NCBI GenBank assembly: GCA_000708835.1
Contig: DF236993.1
Span: forward strand, 124,001 to 188,000
Source of the DNA: Klebsormidium nitens
Taxonomy: Eukaryota > Plantae > Klebsormidiophyceae
DNA length: 64,000 bases
Direction of reading: 5' to 3'
How positions within the stretch are numbered: position 1 is the stretch's first letter; the number at the start of each line of letters is the position of its first letter. Under the pieces are notes generated by a model. It was given only the letters and a program-made list of their open reading frames with translations. It had not been told where the DNA came from and did not search any database. Shown here piece by piece: positions 1-12,000 of this stretch. The translations under genes and the position numbers were made by a program.

Positions 1-1159
1 ACGCGTTCGTTTCACTTGAATGGCACACAGCGTTTGGAAGCTCGACACTGAGTTGTATTGAAGGAGCTGTCTGTATGTTTATTCGGACTCAGGAGCCCTA
101 TCAGAAGCGGGCGCACCTGAGTCCCGCAGTCAAATACAAGTCTTGATCGCCCTCTGATTCAACCATGACATTGCGGAACCAGCTTACTTCAAACATAGTT
201 GTGAAACATAGTTCTGGTTGATGCTGGCAGTCTTTGCATTCTGTGTCCAGTCCTCAGAAAGGAGATTGAGTGAGCAGCTCATAAGGTTTGACGTCTCCGT
301 GACCAACTTTGGCTGCGAATTGTCATTGTGTCTTTGACACCTCAGAGAGCTCCTTCTATCTTCGTCGAGTTTTGCCTACTTGTTGAACCTTGGTCCACCT
401 AAGCCGCACAGAGGAGGGACACTTTCCGTTGCATGCAGAAATGTTATTTGCTGCTTTTAAAGCAGAGCAGGAATCATCTGAATCAGGACGTCCTCAAGTC
501 AGACAATCTGCCATGGGATGCTTTAAGAGCTCCGGGGTCATACTCAACTTTTTAAGGGCCCTGAAGTATTGTGATCATGGGCCTTTTGTGAGGCGGCGCA
601 CTGAGGTTCTGAAGTGGTATACATCGCTGCAGGAGAGCACATCTGATGCTTATGTGGAGGGGAGTCAGGCTGAATTGCACAGCTATGATCTTTCTAATGT
701 TGGATCATCTTTCCGGACTCGCATTCACCATGCAACTCCCTTTGTTAACAACCTTTTTGCCTGCCAACTACTCCTCGATCACACAGTCTTCCAGATGATC
801 GACACTCCAGACAAGTCAACCCGGCACTGGCCTGAGTGCCATCAGATCCATCTCGTAAAACCACCCCTCTCTGTACCTCTATCTACTGACTGGGCACGTT
901 AGTAAATGCAATTTCCAGACACTTTTGCGATCGACAAGGTAGGAGAACCCATTGAATCTTTCGTCTTGGCAGAGGCCAGGCCGGAAATGGACCTTGAAAG
1001 TTGGAGGACATGAAAGTGAACTATTTTTGATCTTGTTGCGCAGTTTCAATCACGAATGAGATCCTCTTGCTTCTATATTCGGCAGGCGAAGTCCAGGATG
1101 TGCACTTTCCAAACCTCGAGGAGCGCCCCGACTTGCCTCAGGAGGGGGCCGGAGACCCA

Positions 1160-4100
1160 ATGAGCCGGCGCGACGAGCGGGGGGTCCAGTTCGACATGGT
1201 CGATTCGATCATTCGAATTACGCTGTACAAAGCGCTGGTTCCTATAGTCCAGCTGGCGTTCGTCGGAAGACTTGGGGTGACGGCCCTCGCGGGGGCGTCG
1301 GTCGCGATGAGCGTCGCGAACCTGACGGGGTTTCTGACGATGGTGAGGAAAGTGTCCCGTTTTTGTCTTGCGAAAACGGGATGAGCTCCATTGAACGGCA
1401 TTCCGACGGTTCGTATTGGTGATGCTTTACCTGTTTGGGGAGATGTAACACAAAGAGCCCGTTGGAAATAAGATGTCTTGATCCCTGGTCCGTTCCATTG
1501 GTCGAAGCTGGCTGTCAGGGCTGTCGTAACCTGTGGTGGTCGTATATGGATCCGTTTCCTGGGGCACGTATACCGTACATCGAACGACCTATTCCCTTTC
1601 TGCTCGATACCGACAAATTCAGACCCATTTTGGAAAGGTTCCAGCGGATCTGTCACCTTTGCAGAGTCGCCATAGTTTCCAGGAAGCCCAAATCACGATC
1701 CCCCTAAGGTGGCCCTTAAGTGATCTATGAGAGTCCCCATCCGCTCCTTCTCCTCTGCCGTTTCTGACGCTTTTTGGCCCTCTGGACCTCTCAAGAAAAA
1801 GATTCCTTCACCTGCGCTTTTTCTCCGATCGCAAAATCCGGGATCAAATCTAAAAGCAAGGATCTGACAATTCAGTCTAGACTGCAGGCCGTCTTTGCAG
1901 GCACGATGGAGCGCATGGCCATCCAATCCTTCGGCCTTGGCGGAGGGAAACTGGTGGCCCTTCTGAACCAGAAACTCGTCAAACTCTCCCTCTCCCATTT
2001 TCGATTTCGAAGCAACCCCGGAGGAATCGGTATTTGACACCTTACTTGAAATTTTGCACTGCAGGCGGGGTTTGCAGGCACGATGGAGCGCATGGCCATC
2101 CAATCGTTCGGCCACGGGGGCGGGAAGCTAGTCGCTCTTGGGACGGTCGCCCAAAAGACGTGCTTCCTTTCTCTCCTCGCGTGCATTCCGGTCGGCTTCC
2201 TGTGGCTCCACGCGGAACGGCCGCTGTCGTTCCTCGTGAGAGATCCGGGAGTGGCGGAAGGTGCGGCGGTGTATCTGAAATGGCTGGTGCTTGCGCTGGT
2301 CGCGTCGGCGGGGTTGTATCCGGCCACGCAATACCTCCGGATACAGGTGGGTTTTGAGCATATTTTCTGGAATTTGAGTTTTTGTGGGTTTTGAGATGGA
2401 TTGATAACTACATTTTGCGGAAGGCCGTATATCCGAATTGGCTGGTGCTCGCGCTTGTCGCGTCGGCGGGGTTGTATCCGGCTACCCAGTACCTCCGGAT
2501 ACAGGTGGGTTTTGTACTCAAATTCTTAGTGCTTCTGTGCATTTTGAGAGAGTTAAACAACTAATAAGGGCGGAAGATGCGGCGGTGTATCAGAAGTGGC
2601 TGGTGCTTGCGCTGATTGCACCGGCGGGGTTGTATCCGGCCATGCATTACCTGCGGATACAGGTGGGTTCCGAAACTTTTTCACTGAAGGTTATAAAACG
2701 GAGGGGTCAGGGTCTATGTAAGTCCAATGCCATAGGGGCTGGTGATTGTGTTTATCGCCTCCGTGGGCCGCATTCGATTACACAGTACTTGCGGATACAA
2801 ATGGGTTCTGGATTGATTGTCTAAAGTTTGTGATTTCTGGGAGTTTGAGGGCATCGAACAAGTCTCGTGGCTGGCGCTTGCGCTGTTTGCGTCAGCGGGG
2901 CTGTATCCGGTTGTGCAGTCGTTGCGGATACAGGCCGGTTGAGACTTATTCAAGCCGAAACTTAGAATCGGTGCCTAGAGGCTGTGTGAGTTTTGAGGGG
3001 GATCGTACCAGTCATTTAGTTGGTACTAATGTGGTGACGTCCCCACAATCGTTCGGTAGCTACACTTTACCTGCGAATCCGTGTGGGAAATTTCGAAACA
3101 ATCTAAGATCTCCCCGTCCGAATGTTAGGGATGAGGAAGAAAACGTCGGTCGGGGCATGCGTTAAGAAGCACATACTGGCGATTAGGGCAATCTCAAAAG
3201 CACCGAGACGTTGCCTCAAAAAACCTGCTTTGTGCGGGCGTCAACTTTTCTCTGCGGTCGGCGAATGCCGCTCCTTTCGTACGTTGCCGCCAATGTTTGA
3301 CACTCGCAGGATCTTACTCACAACGCCTATGTTTCTCTGCCCCCCCTCTTCGCGCTTGTCTTCCCTCACCACTCGTCATACATGGGAAAGCCCAGAATAT
3401 CTCTCTCCAAATGTTTGATAAAGAACTAAAAGGGGTACCAATACTGCAAACCGCCTGCCCCACAGAACAGCAACTTCTCCCTTGGCATGGCTTTTTTCCT
3501 TGCGCTACTATTCAGCGTCAGGAACTTAGAAAAGCCGGTCGACGCCCAACTTCACGGATTCCTAACGTTAAGGAAGGCCTGGAGATGACATAAACCCCTG
3601 CTTAAACCCTGAAACTCCATAAACCCTTGATTGCAGAACGTCAACTTCCCCCTCGGCATGGCCTCCTTCCTAACGCTCCTCTTCTACGTCCCCGCCAACT
3701 GTGTCCTCGTCCACTACTTCGACCTGGGCCTGCAAGGCGCCGCCGCCGCGCTCTCTTCCGCCGTCCTCTTAAACGTCGGCCAAATTATTGACTACTTATT
3801 GCGCTGGGAGGCGAGCGCGCTGCTCCGGCAAACGTGGTCGGGGTGGTCCCCCGAGGCCCTCCGCGGCTGGCGCCAGTTCTGGGCATGACCGTGTGGAACA
3901 CGGTTCCGGTCGGGTGAGCTTCCGCTGGTCTGGTTTGCTGAAGTTGCCCGCCGAACGGAATGAACGGAAGGCAACGGAATTGTTTCACCTTCTGGGCATG
4001 AACGTGTGGAACACGTTTCCGGTCGTGTGAGGCGCCTTAAATTAGAATAAACGGAATGAATGGAATGAGCGGTTGAACGGGATGAGCCGCCTTGCATTGA

Positions 4101-7100
4101 TCGGAATGAACGGAATAAGCGGATCGAACGCGGGATGAAATGGTTGACCGTGTGGAAAAACACCTCATTTTGGGTCGGAATGAACGGAATGAATGTTTTG
4201 AACGCGGAGTCCACGGAGTGAATGCGAATCGGACGGAATGACTGTGTGGACCACGTTTCCGGTCTGGTGAGGGCGCCTCGCATTGAACGGCATGAACGGA
4301 ATGAAGACCGAAAGATCAAAATGGACACGCGCATCGCCTTACTGGTCGGTTGGGGCGCCTCGCATTTATCAAAGGGATCGAAATGAACGCGAAGTAAACG
4401 GTGGAAAACGTTTCTGGTTGGGGGAGCTTCCTCCAATCTGTTGTGCTGAAGTTGCTCGCCATGCAGAATGATCAGAAGGAACGGGAATCTCTGCCAGGTC
4501 CTGAGCATGAGTGGCCTCGTTTCGGTTGGTTGAGGCGCCTCGCATCGATCGGTTGGAACAAAGGGAATGACCTTGTGGAAAAATGTTTCCAGTCGGGTGA
4601 GGCGCCTCGGCACCTTCCTCCGGCCTTGTTTGCCGAAGTTGCTCGCAGCGAACGAGAGTCTGGCGAAAGGAAATAAGCGAACGTATGAATGAACGGCACC
4701 CTTACCCTATTTCCTTGACCTGCAGGCTTGACTGGTTTGCGCACGAGCTGCTGTTACTGCTCCCCTGCGCGCTGCCCGACCTCGCGCATCAAGTGGCGGC
4801 CAGCGCCGTCTGGTTCCAGACGGTCAAGCTGTGTGTCGTGCTGCCAAGAATCCTGAGCACTTCTCTCACGTAAGTCGAGAGGGAGCGTATTGCGATCCGA
4901 AGCACTAAAGCTGTTTGGTAGCTGACTCAGGGCGTTGGTTGTGCATTCAGAGACGTTATCACCACCAATCCCACCATAAAAGTGTGGGTTAAAGCCGACA
5001 TTCTCAACTTTGGTTAGCAAAAGGGAAAGTGTAAAGTCCTCGCGTTTAATTCCTCTGGATATGAAATGTTCTATTCCATGCACCTGTCAGACGGCCGGAA
5101 TTCGGAAGCTACTAGCATGGTAGGGATTGCAGCCCCCACCTGCAGCAAAGCGCAGACATGTTGTCGCGGGAAATAGTTTCTCCATTCTCGTTGCAGTGTC
5201 CGGCTGACAAACGAGCTCGCCGCCCAAAAGCCCGGCCGCGCGCGCCTCGCCTGCAACACCGCCGTCGCGTCAACCTTCCTCTACGGACTCATTCTCCTGA
5301 TCCTCCTACTTTCAATACACGGACACTGGGGAAAGCTGTTCATCCCGTATCAAACGGACGGCCCCGGACACGATTCGGACGCAATGGGGGCCAAATCGTA
5401 CGGCTCCGGACGCGGTTCGGACGCCATCGGACGGCTGCTGGACGAGGTGGCGCCGTACGCGGCGGTGCTGCAGTTCTTTGAGAGTTTGCAGATTGTGCTG
5501 CAAGGTGAGCGGCTTGCGTGATTATTGGGGTCCTTAAAGAGAGTGTCATGTGCGTAGCGCTTCGGCGACCAAACACCGCGCAAACGGCTGCATTGGTCGC
5601 CGAGGCGAGCAACCTGCTCCTTCTTGGGGCCCTTACAATGGGCGTAGGACGTGCACGTCCTTTCAGATCGAACGGTGCTCGGAGCGTCACCAAACTGAAA
5701 AAATCGTGGGCATCAAAAACATGGCGTCGTCAGTACTTAAGGGTGACAGTCGTCAAATCCCGACGCCCACTTTAAGGAGAGCGTTTTGTCACTCGTACTG
5801 CCTTAGCGACCAACACCGCGCGAAAAGCGCCGCGGCAAGGTTCTAAGATGCTATTGAATCCTTACGATGACACTCTCCCTTAGGATTCAGATGCCACACG
5901 GAACAACAAAGCGGAAGGCTTCTTTCATCCATTTGGTTGACTCGAGCTCTTCGAAACGACCCGAAAAACCCACGTGACGTTTGGAATGGTGTTGGCCCAT
6001 TCTCGAAATTGACGGCACTAGACAGGAGCAGTAGAACAATGATGACACTCCGCCGGTTCCATTCCGTTCCAGTCCCATCTCAAGTCTCTCAAAGGGCGCC
6101 GGATAGCAGCGACGGAAGAATAATGACATGCCCCCGCTTTCATGTCAACTCGTTCCGATTCCGGTTCCGTTCTAGGTTTCCTTACGGGGACCGGGCAGGA
6201 GCAACGGAAAAGTCATTGCACGCCCTGCAACCATTCCTTTCCGGTTCCGTTCCAGGTTTCTTGAAGGGCACCGGACAGGAGCTCGCGGGGCGGACCATCG
6301 ACCTCCTCTCTAAGTATGCCGCCGGCGTGCCGATTATGCTCGTGCTGACGTATTTCGGATTCGGACTAAAGGTGAAGGATTGACTACCTAATGAACTTAG
6401 AAATCCATGATTCAACAACTTTTGCCATCGGGTTCAGATTGAAGTTGAGCCAAATTTTCCATCGAACTTCTGTACTTAAATAAGAGAGCTTCTGTCTTCT
6501 TGTTTGGACTGATGGTGAAAGATGACTCCCATCAAACTTAGTAATTCCATTATCTTTTACACCTTCTGTCTTCGGTTCGGACTGACCTCCCTAACTCAAA
6601 AATATTTATCACCGCCCGGGGATAGCGGCCCCCACGATCGGTTGCGGAGCGAGCTTGCAAGATTCGCCAGACTCTCGTTCCTTATGGCTTGACGAGAAAG
6701 TTTGTCGCTCCCGGGGTAAAACTGAAGATTAAAGTAGGAATGGGTCCGTTCAACTTCCGCTGCTGCATCGTGGTGGAACGGCGAGAGCTTGGCGGTTGAA
6801 ACTAGGAGTCCCTACATACGAAGCAGGGACGAAAATGTGCAGCCAGAAAGCTTGTTATAACAATCCTTTTGTCGTCGTCACGGTCAAAAGAGGGCGTTGG
6901 TCTACATGCAGCCCACGTGGATTTTGGGCGACGCTCGAGGCTTGGCACACCAGTATAAGGTCGCCACGGACAGTAGCTTGTTTGGAAAGGGCGATTAGTA
7001 CCGGTGCTCCGTATGCCCTCTTCTGGAGCCTTCCTTCCTTAGCAGGTGATTGGAACTCCTTCATAAAGGAACTTTTCCGTTGAGACGCCACCAAAAGGGA

Positions 7101-7313
7101 ATGAAACAGTCCTGAATTTGACTTCGTCGTTTGCAGGGCATTTGGCTCGGAACCATCTTAGGACAAGCCGGCCAAGTCGCCTTCCTCTACTTCGTAATGC
7201 TCATGACCGACTGGAGCTACGAGGTGAGGGTGACGTCGGCGGCTCATGGATATACTGGGGCGCGAATGGTTCTGTTGCTGTTGGAGCCTCTACGAAAGCG
7301 GCCGTCTGATTGA
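1160..7313 (+). CDS. MATE (DTX-type) multidrug/toxic compound extrusion transporter; multi-exon, with an apparent -1 frameshift in exon 3 (possible pseudogene or assembly error)
   Basis: Exons 1160-1342, 2065-2346, 3637-3913, 4726-4869, 5197-5504, 6256-6371, 7137-7313, all with GT-AG boundaries. Translation shows MATE motifs: FVGRLGVTALAGASVAMSVANLTG, TWSGWSPEALRGWRQF, LDWFAHELLLLL, VRLTNELAA, HWGKLF, GFLKGTGQ, GIWLGTILG...TDW. All phases are consistent except exon 3 (277 nt where 278 is needed). The start codon is uncertain; there is a possible acceptor at 1085. Confidence 0.85.
1888..1980 (+). repeat. Decayed duplicate of the MATE exon 2 acceptor plus 5' end
   Basis: ctgcag|GCCGTCTTTGCAGGCACGATGGAGCGCATGGCCATCCAATC mirrors ctgcag|GCGGGGTTTGCAGGCACGATGGAGCGC at 2065. 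Similarity is lost after GKLVAL. Confidence 0.85.
2281..2940 (+). repeat. Tandem array of five copies of the MATE exon 2 3' end plus donor (WLVLALVASAGLYPATQYLRIQ|gtgggt)
   Basis: Copies end at 2346 (true exon), 2504, 2662, 2800 and 2933. The first three keep GT; the last two read aa|at and ag|gc. Confidence 0.9.
3877..4610 (+). repeat. Degenerate tandem array of the MATE exon 3 tail plus donor, interspersed with a GGAATGAAC-like microsatellite
   Basis: The unit atgaccgtgtggaacacggttccggtcgg|gtgag recurs ending at 3913, 4026, 4266, about 4420 and 4596, with partial copies between. Spacers are rich in gaacggaat/ggaatgaac. Confidence 0.85.
6050..6255 (+). repeat. Two decayed copies of the MATE exon 6 acceptor plus 5' end
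   Basis: ccggttccgttctag|gtttccttacggggaccgggcaggagc (about 6161-6203) and ccggttccattccgttccag...aagggcgccggatagcagc (about 6053-6110) resemble ccggttccgttccag|gtttcttgaagggcaccggacaggagc at 6256. Confidence 0.75.
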
Positions 7314-9020
7314 TGTGCCGCTTTTACGAGATATTGATATATTCACGTCCCGGAAAAGCCGTCGGGGACTTGGAGGAGAGTCGACAGAGTTACCAAGCTA
7401 TTCATTAAGGCAGCCGTTCTTGAGAGACTTGAAAAGCTACGGCCGTCGCCCCGTTGTACGCAGATTAGGAGGTACTTTCAGGAGCTTCGAAATAGAGTGA
7501 CTGAAAGAATTTCAATGTCAGGAGGAAAGAAGTGGCGACCACCCTGCGAATCCTCCATAGCCGTTAGTCAAATCATACTGGGTCCTTTCCCCCTCGCATC
7601 TCACCTTATCTTTTCGAATTGCTGCAGGTCGAAAAGACTGCAGAGATCATCCAGAAGAGCTGATTGCAAGAATGAGCTCCCCGTAGGCAATCAGAGTGGG
7701 CGGCAAATTGCTCGCCCACAGAAAACGTCCGTTAAGAAGGGTGTCACGCATCAAAAGAACCAGCATATAAGAGCATGTCCGCTTCTGCTTCTGAGTTTGA
7801 GCATGCGTGAAAGCTGCTGATAAGACGATCAATGTCGAAAGATGCTTCGCTTAGTGTGCGTTTAAAGCAGCGGTATTTCAACTTTCAATGTTGGATCTGT
7901 AGATAAGCCTGTAGCATTGAGAATTGGTCAAAGCCCCAGTACGCTTTTCCCTATGGAGTAGGTAGGATCTCCCGTTGGTCAATGCATCCAAGCATTGCAT
8001 AAGTTGATCTTTTCGCCTAACGTATCTTCCTTTGATAGCCCCTAACACATTGCCATGGCCAGGTCCGATGCATGAGCTTCGGATGCTACTGATCTGGGTA
8101 CTGGCGGCCCTTTATGCACCCCACCCCAAATGAGTCCGTACGTCGCTCGTTTTGCTCAATGAGTCTCAAGCTGGAGCTGCGATTACTGGCGGCCGCCACT
8201 GCAATGATAGTGAGCACATGGAGTGGCCGTTTGCAAGCCCATGCCGATTAATTATGCGGCGATCGCAGTCTAGTGTTCGGTTTTGTGCATGCAAAGTGCC
8301 GGTTCCTTTCTCCCCTTAAATAAAAGATCCCCAAAGCTAGGAAGTATGGGGCACGGGTTTGTTCTTGGCCCGGCGCCTTGCATTCCGGCCAGCCTAAACT
8401 GCCATCAATTGATGACGCACAATCGCCATCATCCTTCAATGCGCCCTTCCGGTATACCCGATCCGCTGCTACCAGCATCCTGGGCCTTATACAAAATAGA
8501 GTCGGTGACATGCACTTGTTGGTAAGATGTCTTCAAGCCCTCTGAATTAAGAAGCCTAAGCATTTCAACGATTAGTGAGTTGCATACATCTGGAGGTGTA
8601 GCGTCGGTACGGTGTATAAGAAAATTGCTGGTAGGTAGTTGTTTATATCATAAGCAGATACCGTCAACCTCAAACAATTGGATGCCATAAGATTGAAGCC
8701 TATGGCCGCACTGGGTACGACGTAACGAGACCACTGTTGATTCGACCTGCCAATGGTGTTGTCGTATGTGTGTCGTACTTGCGCGTTTTTGCTTGCTAGG
8801 GCACGAAAGTTGCCCTTCTCTTGATTACACCGACTACGTTTATTTTATGGCTGTAAGAAGAAGCGTCTAAATACAGATGTCCGATCAAACTTGGGCCAGG
8901 GCCTTAATCGACCGTTCGGCGTTCTCTCTTGAGCGTCCTTGTCTTGATCTGGAGCAGCTTGCTTAAACACAAACAAAAGTCGATTGCATTGAGTTCTGAA
9001 TCGTGTCGCCTTGAGCGCAA

Positions 9021-12000
9021 CTATTCTAGAGCCCTCCCCCTCGAGAGGATTCGATTGAACGCATCCGGGCCTACTTCGGGCTCGGAAGCTCCTTCACGGG
9101 ACTCGTTGTCCCCAACCAGAGACCTGCCCATAGAAGGCACTCTGTCACGCACGTTAACGCCGAAAGGGTCTGCTGCAACCTCCAAATCCAACCCGTCCCC
9201 ACCCCTCCTTTGCCTCAGCGTCCGCCGTTCCGCACCCGATCTTTCGTCGAAGAAGCTATCCTCAAAGTCATCGGTGGGCGTCGGAACTCTCTGGTGTGTC
9301 GGCGAGCTCGGGTAAGGGAGATCCGTCTGCACCGGCGTCGGTTTCCGAAGCCTTCCCGAACCGCTTCCCATCCGTGCCACGCTCCCGCCACCACCGCTTG
9401 ATTCGCCACCCATACTTTGCCCTGCGGCCACATCGCCCAAACCGCTCATAATCTGCTCAGTGGGCGTTGGAACTCGACACAACGTCGGAGATAGGAGCGG
9501 GAATACATCGGATCCGGTGTCCCGCGCCGCCGGCCGCGCGGCGCCGCCCCCACGCTGCCGCCGCCGGAGCGCGGTGCCGTTACCGCCCAGGTCGCCGGAA
9601 CCGTTACCGCTCTCGTCGTCAAGGTCGCGGGTGCCGCTCCCGTGGAAAGTCTTGCTCGAGCGCACGCGCGCATTCATGTTTTCGTCGTCGAACATGTCGC
9701 ACGCCTCTGCTTCCGCGCGCGCGTCCTTTACTTTGCGCGCGTTCTCCAAAAATATTTGCAGGTAGTAGTCGGTGGATGCGGCGAGCGAGTTGCTTTCCGA
9801 CGCGCGGCGTGTTCCGTTCTTCCTCTGCTTGTACCGCCTCCATGCCGCCTGCAAAATGAAATCAGGACATGTTAAAGACACAGACGCTTCCTTCACTTTG
9901 CGCGCCTTCTCCAGAAACGTTTGCAGGTAGTAACTGGTGGATACGGCGAGCGAGTTGCTCTCCGACACACGGCAAGTTCCATTCTTCCTCTGCTTGTACC
10001 GCCTCCATGCCGCCTGCAAAACAAAATCAGGACATGTTAGAGACACAGACGCTTCCTTCACTTTGCGCGCGTTCTCCAGAAAAATTTGCAGATAGTAGTC
10101 GGTGGATGCGGCCAGCGAGTTGCTCTCCGACACACGACAAGTTCCATTCTTCCTCTGCTTGTCACGGTTACGCCTCCATGCTGCCTGCGAAAGAAAAGTA
10201 GGAAGATTAGAGACACAGCGGGGTCGACATACACTTGCCACACAGAAGCCCGCAAAAGGCAAAGTCTCAGAGAGGTGCGAGAACGGCGACCACAGCCTTT
10301 ACTGAACTCTAGCAGGGACGAAGAAGCGAATCTAAGAAGCGAAATACACCCCATCAATGCCCTAGACACCTAGACTCCTGTATTAACGTTCAATGAACCA
10401 TCGTGGATCAAGCGAACGAACGTACTTGTATAAAGCTCGAGAGGACGTCTCACAGACTCTTCGTTTTGTCAAACGAAAAGCATCCCCCGAACCGTTCCTG
10501 AACACACTTAGAAGGACAATGCTCAGTAGCCCCAGGCCCAGGCCCCCAGTAGCGGACCTGCATCTGCGGCGCCCTCCTCAATGTACCAACGCAAATGAAT
10601 CTCCAAGCGGAGCGATGCCCTCTTCCTGATTCGGTTCACGACTGCCGTCCCCCAGACAGCGCAAGAGCAAACAACCCGTTTCATCTTGATCTGCAGACGC
10701 CCTCATTCACAGAACCGACTCCAAGCAATTTCCTAGCGACGCAAGAATCGCCTTCTGACCAGGACAGCAGCACTCGTCCCATGACAACCCCAATCGAACG
10801 AGAGCGGGAGCGGCGTTCTGTCAGTTCCAAAGCTAGGCCCTAATTCTGACTCCAGCTATTTTCATTTCACCTTCAGAGGCATTTGCCCACATAGGCGCCC
10901 AGAAGACGGGTAGAGTTAGCAAGGTCACTCGGGTGGATTCAGATGCGGAGTATGAAATCTTTTGGTCAGGATTCTCATATGAAGTACCTTGGTAACTCAT
11001 TACTCAGTTTTCCTAAGTGAATGCTTCTTACATAAAAAGGAGTTACCGGGATCTTTCGGGCCAGTTAAATGCAGGGTCAACGTTCGCAGCGCCAGTCTGC
11101 AATGCGCTAGGCGCGAGCTTTGCGGAATTCGCTGATACACTGTACCCCAGCGTTTCTGGGACGTATCGAACACCCCGTCAATAAGAACATGTTGTCCCTG
11201 CTTTAAAGGGGCCCGAATCTGTCTCTGACCTGAATTGCAAGCGAGCCTCAGATGCGCCAGTGCGTGTAAATTTTAAGGTCAGGGTTTTCAATCAAAGTAC
11301 CCGCATAGCTCGAATCTCAAGTGAAATGGAACACAAAACATCTCCAATCTCAACACAACTCTACGGAATTGTTGGCCAGAATCATGCTGGTATAGTAATG
11401 CAAACATTCTTACAAACGTTCTTACGCAAAACGGGAGTAACAAAAAGTCTGTTTCTGACCTGGATCGCGAGCGCGCCCCAGATGCGCCAGTGCGGGCTGT
11501 AGAAGCGCAGCGCGCGCCGCAGCTCCATGCGGTGCGTGTTGCGCAGGAAGTGGCCCGTCACGTAGCGCAGGTCGTCCGCGCTCAGAGAAAACGCCTCCAC
11601 CTGACTGTCCGTGACAACGGTCCGCGGGGAGGACGGGTAGTACTGTTTCGGCCTGCCGGGGAGGAAGAGTGTGACGTCAGCCGACAGGAAAATGGTGACG
11701 TCAGCTAGCGTGGGCTAATGGTGACAAGTCCAGAACAAGTTCGGGCAATCTGGATTTGACTGTCCACGACGACCGTCCGTGGGAGACGGGTAGTACTGCT
11801 TTGGCCTGCCGGAGAGGAAGATCGTGACGTCAGCCGGCAGGAAGGTTGTGAAGTCAGCTAGAATGAGCGGTTCGTGGCAACGTCCAGAGCAAGCTGTCTA
11901 GAGCAATGTAAATTTGAGTGTCCGCAACAACCGTCCGCGGGGACGGGTAGTACTGCTTGGGCCTGCCGGGAGAGATTGTGACTTCAGCTTGGTGGGGAAT

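Noticed and set aside
390-1010. 170-aa + ORF followed by TAG TAA and further open frame, in visibly CpG-poor sequence
   Set aside because: May be a decayed gene or transposon remnant, but I recognise no family and found no splice structure.
3792-4613. 273-aa - strand ORF
   Set aside because: Arises from the low-complexity repeat array in MATE intron 3.
7500-8900. Intergenic ORF fragments between the MATE and CNGC 3' ends
   Set aside because: Short and interrupted, with no recognisable domain or terminal repeats.
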